Assembly (NCBI GenBank): GCA_036785375.1
Contig: JAWMAR010000044.1
Coordinates: 1,550,001-1,614,000, forward strand
Direction of reading: 5' to 3'
DNA length: 64,000 nt
From: Leucoraja ocellata
Taxonomy: Eukaryota
The position numbers and the translations under genes are program-made. Below, in pieces: positions 1 through 10,885 of the stretch (positions are counted from its first letter, which is position 1; each line of letters begins with the position of its first letter). The notes under the pieces were generated by a model. It did no database searches, was not told where the DNA came from, and worked only from the letters and a program-made list of their open reading frames with translations.

Positions 1-163
1 TTGAAGTTGACCTATCCATGAGGTTATATCTTACAATGTCTCAGGTGGAGATATATTTGCACATTTAGTTACGCTCGGTCTAGTTGGGCTGCTGACTTTT
101 AGGATGACTGCACAGTGAGGTGGTGGAATTGTTATACTTCCCGTCCGCTTCTCTCTCCCCTAG

Positions 164-299
164 ACTAAGGTGGTTGTGACTGTCAATGTGACTTCCCCCG
201 ACCTGTTTCGCATCGTCTTCCGCTTCGTGAACCGTGGTCCCGCTGATGTGAAAGGAATGGTGGTGGTCAGCGAGGTGAATCTTGACGTTTGTGGCAACT
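164..299 (+). CDS. LAMA5: LAMA5 coding exon (window exon 1; L4a/IVb)
   Basis: ctcccctag| TKVVVTVNVTSPDLFRIVFRFVNRGPADVKGMVVVSEVNLDVCGN |gtaagt; 136 nt, ends phase 1. Confidence 0.92.
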
Positions 300-1126
300 G
301 TAAGTGGCGCTCTGACCTTTGTAATTCACCTTTAAAAAGTCGTTGCTGCTAGTCCATCCTTTTTCCTGCAAGTCCAGGGACCTGCTCCCATCTTTGGTGA
401 ATTGGCAATGCTTGTGGGTGTGGACGAGGCCAACATAATTTGCAGGTGGATGCTTCTTTTACTGACAAGTAGACTTTGCATTTATTATATGGCAGCCTAC
501 TTTGCTACTTGTCACACCTCTGTGCCATTGTCAAATGCCTTCTCGTTTTTGCAGAATAGAGTCACAATGACAATGCATGTGATGGATTTGCAGCTTTATT
601 TGTTTAATTTCATATTGAGGTCTATTAATGCAGGATCTGTCATAGTGTTTGGCAAAGTTGCAGCTTATCAGAGACAAAGAACAGGTAAGATTTTAGCCAC
701 ACAGATGCTGGTCTCTACAAGGTGGCGGTTAAAGTGGGTGCATTGTTGCACTGCAAGCAACGATTCTTGTGCAATGTCCCCAACCGAGCTTAAAATGATG
801 TGGATGGTACATTATTCATTGCTGGGTTCTTTGCCACCTGTAGCCATTGCTGAAATAGCCTCTTGCCTAATAATCTCACAAGTCACTCCTTAGTTTTTTT
901 TTGTTCCTGTCCATCTGCAGTAGTGGTACTGGACACACATTGATATCCCATGGAAATAATATTGCATTTTCCTCTCTCCTGTATCTTTCTTAAACACCTC
1001 CCTGTTCATTTAATTGAGAGTTTGGAAGCATCTGCAGTTGTTTGTTTCTACAACTTATAGAATGACAATCCCCTCCTTGGTTATAGCGCACAATCGGCAA
1101 TAACAGACACCATTCTTCCCCCTATG

Positions 1127-1316
1127 TGTAAGGAACTGCAGATGCCGGTTTACACTGAAGAAAGACACAAAATGCTGGATTAACTCAACGGGTGAGGCAG
1201 TATCTCTTGGATAAAAGGAATGGGTGACGTTTTGGGTCAAGACTTTTCATCAGACCCAAATGTCACCTATTCCTTTTCTCCAGAGAACCCGCTGAGTTCC
1301 TCCAGAATTTTGTGTT
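1127..1316. mobile_element. Palindromic Penelope-terminus element with perfect 15-bp TSD
   Basis: Two inverted copies of the Penelope tail; flanked by ATTCTTCCCCCTATG at 1112-1126 and 1317-1331. Confidence 0.8.
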
Positions 1317-2004
1317 ATTCTTCCCCCTATGATCCGTTACAATGAGGGTAAGCTGTTCTGAAATAAAACGTTAGCATTACCTGTGATGCCATTAAAATTA
1401 AATTGACGTAAAATTTACTAAGTAAAATTAAATTTACTTATGTCCAGTGGAGGAAATCAACCATGTTCTAACTGTGTCATCAGACCAAGAGTTTAGTCTC
1501 AACTTCTGTCTGAAATGGTCAGGAAGGGAGGGGAAAACTCAGATGGATGTTAATGCCAGGCTTTCTAATGGCAACCACATCCTGGGATGAACTAAAATGC
1601 TTGAGGAAGGAAAATGGACAGATGTTTGTATCAGAAAATTGTGAATATACTGTAGAACAGATGTTAGGAAGTCATCTTCACAGAAGATTGGTTAGTAAGG
1701 ACTTTGAGTTGTGGTAATGAAAGGTGGATAAATGATTATTTTTCTATCCACGCTAATTTAGTGAACCCTACAAACCCATTGAGGAAGAAATTGTTTTTGA
1801 GGTATAGTTTCCCAATGGTGCTTAGAGGCTAAGTTAATGGTTTATCGCATTGATACTGAATGCATTCTATCCAATATTCAAATGTGGCATTGCCCATATC
1901 ATCTACAATTTAATTTGGATCATTCTTGCTTTGCAATTCAATTGATAAATTTATTGTGTTTCAGGGAAAGGTCCATATTCTTAAATCACTATTTGTGGAA
2001 AATT

Positions 2005-2294
2005 GGCAGCCTCATGGCAGCATGGTAGTTGCTGCCTCAGCTCCAGAGACCTGGGTTCGATCCTGACCACGGGTGCTGTCTGTACGGAGTTTGTACATTC
2101 TCCCCATGGCCTGCGTGGGTTTTCTCCGGGATTTCCGATTTCCTCCCACACCCCAGAGACGTACAGATTTGTAGGCTATTTGACCTGGTATAACAGTAAT
2201 GTAAGGCAGTGTTGGTGTGCGGGGACAGCTGGTCAGTGTGGACCCAGTGGGCCGAAGGGCCTGTTTCCACGCTGTATCTCTAAAATAAAATAAA
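2005..2294 (+). mobile_element. HE1-like tRNA-derived V-SINE
   Basis: B-box-like GGTTCGATCC head, core gtttgtacattctcccc..cctcccacac, CR1-shared tail gggccgaagggcctgtttcc, (taaaa)n end. Confidence 0.8.
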
Positions 2295-2378
2295 CACGTC
2301 TTGTGTCAGTTTTAATTAATGATATTTGGCCACTTTAAAGAGTGGAAATAATGTAACCTTTTGTGGATTGATGCCCAG

Positions 2379-2521
2379 GTTCGGAACAAACCAAGCAAAT
2401 CATATTTACACCCAGCACCGAGCCAACCTTTGTCACCGTGCCACAGAATACCTTCGTGGAACCTTTCGTGCTCAACCCTGGTATATGGTCTGTGATGATC
2501 GAAGCTGAGGATATCCTCTTG
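2379..2521 (+). CDS. LAMA5: LAMA5 coding exon 2
   Basis: cccag| (C)SEQTKQIIFTPSTEPTFVTVPQNTFVEPFVLNPGIWSVMIEAEDILL |gtaag; 143 nt, phase 1->0. Confidence 0.93.
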
Positions 2522-2700
2522 GTAAGAATCATTTGTTGTGGATTTAACATCTGGGACCAGGTGCTGCTGAACATAAAGTGATGCACAATTGAGTTTCTTT
2601 GTGTTATGACTTTAAGACATAAGGTCTAAGTGTAGATGCAGGAAGCAAATGTTGACATTGTACTCACTAGCTATTTGGAGTAGGTATTTATAAAACAGGA

Positions 2701-3860
2701 ATGCACACATTCACTTGGACCATCTCCAACATCTCCCTACCGTTTCTAGATCCCACCGTCTCCATCACAGGAGACAGATTATTGACCAACATCTATTACA
2801 AACCCACCGACTTCCATAGTTATCTAGACTACACTTCTTCCCACCATGTTTCCTGTAAAGACTCTATCCCCTACTCCCAATTCCTCTGTCTACGCCGCAT
2901 CTGCACCAAGGATGAGGTTTTCCATACCAAGTCATCGGCGATATACTCATTCTTTAGTAAACGGTGGTTTCCCTCTTCCATTATAGATGAGGCTCTCACT
3001 AGGGTCTCCTCGATATCCTGCATTTCCGCTCTTGCTCCCCCTCCACCCATTCGTAACAAGGACAGAGACCCCCTTGTCCTCACCTTCCACCCCATCAGCC
3101 GGCACATACACCCTATAATCCTCCAACATTTGTGCCACCTCCAACGGGATCCCAGTACTGGCCACATCTTCCCATCTCAACCCCTTTCTGCTTTCCGTTC
3201 CCTCCGCAACTCCCGGGTCAACTCGCCCCTTCCCACCCAAACCACCCCCTCCCCAGGTACTTTCCCCTGCAACTGCAGTAGATACAACACTTGTCCCTTT
3301 ACCTCCCCCCTCGACTCCATCTAAGGACCCCGGCAGTCTTTGCAGGTGAGGCAGAGGTTCACTTGCACCTCTTCCAACCTGATCTACTGTATCCGCTGTT
3401 CCAGGTGTCGGCAAGATTAAGCGCAGGCTCGGCGATCATTTCACTGAACACCTCCACTCAGTCCGCCTTAACCTTCCTGATCTCCCAGTTGCTCAGCACT
3501 TTAACTCCCCCTCCCATCCCCAATCTGACCTTTCTGTCCTGGGCCTCCTCCATTGTCAGAGTGAGGCCCAGGACAAATTGGAGGAACAACACCTCATATT
3601 TTGGTTGGGTAGCTTACACCCCAGCAGTATGAACATTGACTTCTCTAACTTCAAGTAGCCCGTGCTTTCCCTCTCCCTCCATCCCCTCCCCTTCCCATTT
3701 CTCCCACCAGTCTTACTGTCTCCTACTACATTCTATCTCTGTCCCGCCCAATCCCCGGATATCAGTCTGAAGAAGGTTCTCGACCCGAAACGTCACCCAT
3801 TCCTTCTCTCCAGACATGCTGCCTGTCCCGCTCAGTTACTCCAGCATTTCGTGTCTACCT
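2701..3860 (+). mobile_element. Penelope-like element 3' fragment (RT thumb + GIY-YIG remnant + terminal repeat with hammerhead motif)
   Basis: FLD..IYYKPTDFHSYLDYTSSH..CKDSIPYSQFLCLRRIC, then FTCTSSNLIYCIRCSRC; CTGAAGA..GAAACGTC at 3767-3794. Confidence 0.88.
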
Positions 3861-4624
3861 GCGCTCATCATTCAATCATTGCTAATTCAAAAACCTTTGG
3901 TAATTAGTTCTTCAATTCAGGATTGTGAGAATTAGCTAGAATTCGGTCCTAATGTCCCATCTACCTCATTGGAGACCTTTGAGCTATCTTTAATTAGACT
4001 TTATCAGACTTTATCTTGTGCTAAATGTTGACTTTTTATGCATTATCTGTGCACTGCGGACGGCTTGATTATATTCATGGAAAGTCTTTTCTTTGACTGG
4101 GTACACACATTCCAAAGCTGTTACTGTACCTCGATACTGTTGACAATAATAAACACAAATAAAACTAACCTAGTTGGGGAGCCTGGTTTGATAATGCTCT
4201 TGGGTTCTCTCTGACTGCATGGCTCACTTCTGCTTTCATCACTGGTAGGTTAATGGGCCTCGGTAACCTCATATGATCCTTTCTTAGACTCTATACTCTT
4301 TTGTCTCATCCTTGGCTGCCTGGCCTCCTCAATCTCCTGCTTTTTCTTTCCCTCCCTCCTTCTTTGAAAACCCTTAAAGCCATTTATTAAATGAAGCCTT
4401 CGGTTCCCCACATAACATTAAGTAAAGTAACTAAACTGCCCAGATAATGTAGGATCATTTGCAATATGGGATCTGGATGTGAGATTGACATATTTTGTTT
4501 CCCCCTTCACAGCAAGTTGTGATGAAGATGCTTGCACCAGGGGGATATAACCTCAGCATCTCATACATTTCCATGAGAGCACCTCTCATTCTTCCAAACT
4601 CTAATTAATATGTATCCATCCAGC

Positions 4625-5040
4625 TCAGTGTTTCCTCATTGGCACGCAGGAGGATGTGGGTGATCTTGTAGAGGTGTACAAGATCATGAGAGGAATAGAT
4701 CGGGTAGATGCACAGCTTCTATGGGAATCAAAATCACTAGGAGAATCAAGAACCAGAGGACAGAGGTTTATGGTGAGAGGGGAAAATATTAATAGGAACC
4801 TGAGGGACAACTTTTTCACACAGAGGTTGATGGGCATATGGACCGAGCTGCCAATGGGGATAGTTGAGGAAGGTACTATAACAGCATTTAAAAGACATTT
4901 GGACAGGTATATAGATAGGAATAGTTCAGAGGGATGTGGGCAAAATGCGGGCAGGTGGGACTAGTGTAGATGGAGCATCTTGGTTGGAATGGGCAAGTTG
5001 GGCAGAAGGGCCTGTTTCCATGCTTCTAGGTACTATGATT
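4625..5040 (+). mobile_element. CR1/HER1-like LINE 3' fragment
   Basis: GDLVEVYKIMRGIDRVDAQ..SRTRG..FFTQR..FKRHLDRY, the CR1 ORF2 C-terminus. Confidence 0.85.
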
Positions 5041-5189
5041 CTAACAAACAACGGTTCAAGTAGACTCTCTGCTGTCAGCTGCTGAACCTGTAAGGTCCTG
5101 TTGAGTCAGAGCAGCCCTTCATTTCTCAGGTGGCAAAAATTGGACTGAAAAGTTTACATAACAATGAAGTATCTGTGCTAATGAAGTTC

Positions 5190-5537
5190 ATAAATTATAG
5201 GAGCAGAACTAGGCCATTCGGCCCATCAAGTCTACTCCGCCATTCAATCGTGCATGATCTATTTTTCCCTCTCAACCACATTCTCCTAACTTCTCCTCAT
5301 AACCACTGACACCCGTACTAATCTAGAATCTGTCGATCTGCACCTTAAATATATCCATTGACTTGCCCTCCACAGCCACCTATGGCAAAGAATTCCACAG
5401 ATTCACCACCCACTGACTAAAGAAATTCCTCCTCATCTCCTTCCTAAAGCGGTATGTCCTTTTATTCTGAGGCTATGGCCTCTGGTCCTGAACTCTCCCA
5501 CTAGTGGAAACATCCTTTCCACATTCACTCTATCCAG
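5190..5537 (-). mobile_element. CR1-like LINE 3' fragment
   Basis: aggccattcggcccatc..ccattcaatc..gaattccacagattcaccaccc, reverse complement of a CR1 3' end. Confidence 0.8.
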
Positions 5538-7545
5538 GTGAAAATAAGGCTTCAGGTTCCCTCTGGAAGTGTAATACTGATATGTTGTGGCAACCACACA
5601 ATTTTACTTCGGAGTCACGTGAGTGACTACGTGAAGAAGGGCCGTCTGTCTGCGTGCGCGTCATTACGTCTGAACGCAACGCGCGACGGACTGGCAGGCA
5701 TTGTGCCCTCCCAGTCCGTCAGGATGGGCAGGTAAGGAAAGTTGTACTACTTACCTGCGTTCTTTCGGGCTTGAAGTCGGCTGCCGAAGACCGCAGCATT
5801 CCCAGTAGCAGGCGACGGTGTTTCCCGACATTTAGCGCCGGCAGCAGAACCGGCGGGAGACATGTTGCAGGAGGGAGCTCCGTTGGTGGTCCTGCAGTAC
5901 GGGAAAATCCACCCGCAAGTCAAACAACCCGTTGACTCAGATGAGTCCGGGGTAAAATGGATACCCTCCCTCAACGGAGAGCGTCTGAGGATGACTCTCC
6001 CACATAGGAGCAACTTTTTGGAGAAGTTGCTCCAACAATGACCTGCTCTAAAGGAGAGAGCTGTGTCAGCCCAGGGCCTACAGCAGTGTCAGTGCCGGGA
6101 GCCTCGCACAATGGGGCAGCCCAATGTCTTCCCCATTGGAGGGGGAAGTACATATGGAAGAAACCACTCTGAATCAGAGTACAAAAGCAGTGGGGGGGGG
6201 GGACCTTCCCAGGGACAAGCAGAAGAAAGGAAGTAAGTAAGTAACTTTTACTTATATACACTGTTTAAGTTAACTTGCATTGACACCAAAGTGCTTTACA
6301 TAAAATAAATAATAAGCACAAAAGAAAAGAAATACTTCTGCAATCATCCAGGTTCCACTGGGTGCTTCCCTGGATAGAGATCTAGCAAATGTCTCCTGCT
6401 CTGAGGAGAGGAGCATTCACGGTCAGTTTCAGTCTGACCCAAAGCAAGAATCTCATTTAGGCCCGCTGGAGGGGCCATGTCAGCGCAGGTATCCTCAGGG
6501 GCCTGCGGCAGCACCTGTTTTCAGCGCTACCTACAAATCTCACTCTCAGTGGAGTGGAGTGTGAGTGATCAGTAGGTAACTGATCTCGAATTACAATACC
6601 ATTTATTTGTCATTTGAACCTCACATGACGTTCAAACGAAATTTGGTTTCGAGATCAGTAGGTAACTGATCTCGAATTAAAGTATGAACATACTGAAGCA
6701 CATGCATATGGCCTCAAGAGACAGCAGTTGGCAGAATATCCGCACAAATGCCGGCAAGGGAACAGCGCTATCAGGGTGACTTTGGAGAAACCAGCCGCCG
6801 AATCCTGTCTTCAGATAAGACCAGAAGAAGGAAGCAAAAGCTGTCGTACCAACGACAAGCAAAACTTCATCAGTAGGCGACAACACACCCCACACCTCTA
6901 TAGGGGGAAGCAGTTCACTGAAGCTGGTGGTAGCTTGAAAGCTGGGCATGGAAATATGATCAGAGTCGTCTTTCAAGGCAGACTCAGAATTATGGCCAGA
7001 ATTGTCCTACAAGGCAGGCTCAGTATGATGAGGTTATCAGACCAAGACCCAAGCAAAGATCAGGAGAAACATGGAATCCACACTTCCTACCAGTCCTACT
7101 CCCAATCAAGGAGAGAAAAGGAACCCGCATCAGTGGCCTTTGGGCTTACCACAAGACCACCAGTAGCCATGGAGGTAGGTGGGTCTGGGTTTACTGAAAC
7201 AAGGGATTGTGGACCAGTTACATGTTGGTAATTTTACTCTTGTGTTTTTGTTGAAAATGACAATAACATGAATTTCAGATCTGGTTTTAAAAAACAGATA
7301 ACAACATGTGATTATTTTTCACTGCACAACATACATAGGTTCCAATCAGACTTGGAACTCGGACCGGAATTGTGTTCAAGGCAGGCCCAGTATTTTGGGC
7401 AGGATTGCCTTCCAGGACAGGTGACAGATGGAGGATGTCACTTCATCCAGGTTTAACTCATAAATGCAGTACAGACTTTCAGAAACAGCAATTTTTTGTT
7501 ACGGTCTAACTACTGTTTTATAGGAGCTTCCTATAAAATGGTCAC

Positions 7546-8440
7546 ATGGCATGCATCGACCTCAAAGATGCATACTATTCGGTGTCTATTCACTAAGAAC
7601 AGGAGAGATTTGAAGTTTAACTGGATGGCATGGCTCTGCCAAATGGGTTGACATCAGCTCCTAGACTATTGACTAAACTACGGAAACCAATTCTGGGACT
7701 ACAAAGGTCTCAAAACCACATAGTAATGGCATATTTGGAGGACATTTTTATTTTTGGAGTCACATAGAATTGGCAGAAGCATCAGTCAAAGCAAACCAAA
7801 ACCCTGTTTGAATGAATTAGTTACCTCATCCATCCAGTTAAATCAAAATTGACACCTACAAGGTAATTGATTACCTAGAATTTACTATCAAAAACAGTAA
7901 ATATGTTGGTGACTTTGCCTAGGGGCAAACGACAATATTAATTAAGTCTGCTATGATCTGATAGTCAAATACTAGCCATCTATCAGGCAAACAGCGAGTG
8001 TAATTGGCAAATAGTAGTTGCATTCCCAGCAGTACGTCACGGGCAATTGCATTACCAGAATTTACAGCGAGCAAAGGAACGAACACTAAAATTACATGCA
8101 GGTCGAATTGGAAAACTATGGATTGCCAGCAGAGGCCATTGTTGAATAGCTATGGTGGATAACGAATGGGAGACAGCTCAAGGGAACTTTTGATCGAAAG
8201 CCATCGAGGGTTCTTCAGACCTATGCAAGCAGCTAAGGATGGGGAGCCACAAACACAGTCTAGAGCTGTGGGGGCAGATGGAATGAGCAGGAGTCTGTAA
8301 TTCCCCAATACCTGGAATCAATTACCCAGAATTATTGGGGGCACAATATGGACTCAAGGTTCTCTGTAGCGATATGCAACCGGTGCTTGTTAAAATTCAG
8401 ATTGATAACACCACTGCGGTGGCATATATCCATTAACAAG
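7546..8440 (+). pseudogene. DIRS reverse transcriptase / RNase H remnant
   Basis: MACIDLKDAYYSVSIH* (7546), ALPNGLTSAPRLLTKL (7633), MAYLEDIF (7726; YLDD-like), LQTYASS*GWGA, IQIDNTTAVAYI (8395); many stops and frameshifts. Confidence 0.88.
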
Positions 8441-8579
8441 GGTGGTGTAAAATCTGTATCTTACGACAGATTGTCGAACCTCATTTGGCACTGGCGTATC
8501 GAGAGGAATATTTGGAAAATCTACGAGGTAGATATAACACGGTGACAGATGCTGGATCATGAATGTTTAATAACAACAC

Positions 8580-8985
8580 AGAATGGATGTTGAATCAGAC
8601 AGTATTTAAAAAAATAACTACACGATTTGGCATACCAGATGTTGATCCGTTTGCATCTAGACTAAACCATTAGTTACCCAAATATGTGTCCTGCGAGCTG
8701 GATCCAGGAGCAAGGCAGTGGATGCTTTCTCCCTCAATTGGGGAGGAATGTTTATGCTTTCCGCCAATTTGTCTCACAAACCGATGCTTGACAAAAATCA
8801 AGCAAGACCAAGCCACAGGCATATTGGTAGTGCCAGATTGGCCTACTCAAGCCTGGTCCCAAAAATTTTTGGGAATTATAGTCCAGCCAGTTATGGCTGT
8901 ACCCAAGAGCAGGGACCTCCTAGTGAACCCAGTTACAGGGACCAATCATCCACTACATGAACGTATAACTTGTTGGTCTGCAGAT
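8580..8985 (+). pseudogene. DIRS DNA N6-adenine methyltransferase-like domain remnant
   Basis: VDPFASRLNH* (8641; DLFAS-like), frameshifted YAF/FPP, KIKQDQATGILVVPDWPTQAW. Confidence 0.8.
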
Positions 8986-9044
8986 TCTGAGGAGGCCATT
9001 TCAAGGCATAGGACTGTCCGAACAAATACAACACAGTTCGGATA

Positions 9045-9822
9045 ATGGATGTCTTGGAGTTCCTATCAACTCTGTACTATAACTATAAACAAAGTTATAG
9101 TGCAATCTATAGTGCCAGAGGCCCACTCTCCTCCTATCTGATGCCGGAAGTAGGGCACGGTTCGATAGGAACGCACCCCTTTACAACAAAATTCATGAAG
9201 GGAATTTACAATTTAAGACCTCCAAGGCCAAGGTACACGGACACATGGGATGTGAGCGTGGTACTAACCCTACTTTGACAGTGGGGACCGCCTATAACTA
9301 ACCCTGAAGGTGGTATGCTGACAAAGTCCAGACAGTGCAAAAGCTACGGTTGGACTACATGACCACCAATATGAACAACATAACATTCGTAATCAGGAAC
9401 CTGATAAAACAGAGCAGGCCAGGAATGCCAGGGATGGAGATCCAGTTCTTGGCATATCCAGAGGACCAACGGTTGTGTGTGTGGTAACATACTAACACCA
9501 CTATCTGAGAGTTACGGAGAACCTCAGAAGCTCAGACCAATTAAAAAAAAATTTTTTTAAACCACAACAAAAGGTATCAACTCAAACCATCTCCAGATAG
9601 TCAAAGGAGGTAATGGTGGTAGCAGGAGTAAACATTTATATGGTTAAATCTCACTCCACCAGGGCTGCATCTACATCGGCAGCAAGAGCTATGGACGTGC
9701 CCCTTGACGACATCCTAGTGGCTGCAGGATGGACAAATGAAATAACGGTCCACCGGTTTTATAACAAACCCATAACCGGACTGGGGGTGTTTGCACGTAC
9801 CATTTTAAGTTCTGTCCCTTAG
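9045..9822 (+). pseudogene. DIRS tyrosine recombinase remnant
   Basis: VLEFLSTLY..SYSAIYSAR..KFMKGIYNLRPPRPRYTDTWDVSVVL; KSHSTRAASTS..ILVAAGWTNEITVHRFYNKPI (HxxR..W..Y); interrupted by stops and frameshifts. Confidence 0.9.
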
Positions 9823-10012
9823 TTTCCCCCCAAGGTTGGGAGGGAACCCAGAGGGGTAACTTTTTTAAAACTTTTCTTTCATTTAAAGCATCAGTGTCTT
9901 TACTTGACTACGTAATGTCTGAATGCTTTAATGATTACACGCATCCATGGTCAATCCATTCAGTGTGTGACGCCTGGATTCGTAACCGCCGTAAAATCAC
10001 AGAGCTTTGAAA

Positions 10013-10125
10013 TCTTCACGTAGTCACTCACGTGACTCTGAAGTAAAATAGTAAGGTTAAACGAGAACTTACCAGTTTGAAGTTTGATCTTGATTTTATG
10101 AGGAGTTACGATGAGCGATTACGTG
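10013..10125. repeat. DIRS internal complementary region (ICR)
   Basis: 10013-10049 is the reverse complement of 5601-5637 (36/37); 10047-10125 is the reverse complement of 10265-10338 (one substitution, one 5-nt indel). Confidence 0.93.
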
Positions 10126-10634
10126 CCCACCGCTCCCACCCTCATACTATCAAGGTCATATGGAAGTTCTAGTTTCTTCACAATCTTACTATTCTCAGGT
10201 CTTTTTATCTGTGATTTAACACCGCTGCTTTGATTGACGCGCACGCAGACGGACGGCCCTTCTTCACGTAATCGCTCATCGTAACTCCTCATAAAATCAA
10301 GATCAAACTTCAAACAGTTCTCGTTTAATCTTACTATTCTACATGGTTCTGCATGGGGAAACCTAACCCTCTGCCAAATCCGCTGTTAGTTTAGATCAGA
10401 CCTTCTGCTTACAATTCACTATTTGCTTTGTGGTCGGTCGCAGTCAGCAAATGTTCCTTTATCCCTGCTGGCCACTTAGTTGATGTAAATACTTACCACT
10501 AATTTCCTTCCAGCTTCTGTTACAACTCAAACACTTGGTATTGGCTGTTCCAGTATAAACATTGGCAGTCAAATACTCTGCTTAGAGAATTCAGGGTACA
10601 AATACTTAATACAACTATTACACATTACACCATG

Positions 10635-10885
10635 TTCGCACTGACAACAATCATCCCATACACTAGCACTATCCTACACACTGGGGACAATTTACAATTT
10701 CCAGGAAACAATTAATCTACAAACCGTGACATCGTTGGAGTGACGGGGTAAAGCAGAGCACCCGGAGAAAACACACACAGTCATAGGGAGAACGTACAAC
10801 TCAATACAGACAGCGTATTGTCGTAGTCAGGATCTCTGGCAATGTAAGGCAGCAACTCTACCACTGCACCACTGTGCCGTCCCAA
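10635..10885 (-). mobile_element. HE1-like V-SINE
   Basis: cactagcactatcctacac..gggagaacgtaca..gcagcaactctaccactgcaccactgtgcc. Confidence 0.78.

Larger units (their letters stand above)
5601..10338 (+). mobile_element. DIRS1-like tyrosine-recombinase retrotransposon, full length, ORFs decayed
   Basis: Inverted repeats 5628-5663 / 10235-10270; ICR 10013-10125 complementary to both termini; ATT at both ends; RT, RNase H, methyltransferase and recombinase remnants in DIRS order. Confidence 0.93.

Noticed and set aside
2005-2075. tRNA genes at SINE heads
   Set aside because: The A/B-box-like heads run straight into the V-SINE core and CR1-like tail; there is no complete cloverleaf.
5748-5758. 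U1 snRNA gene (ACTTACCTG)
   Set aside because: Only 9 nt match and the downstream U1 sequence is absent; it is one arm of a DIRS hairpin.
6728-7231. Independent 167-aa protein gene
   Set aside because: It lies in the decayed gag/pol boundary region of the DIRS element and shows no recognisable intact domain.
8580-9822. Bacterial or phage contamination / horizontal transfer (Dam-like methylase plus integrase)
   Set aside because: Both domains are normal DIRS1 components and lie between DIRS termini inside a vertebrate intron.
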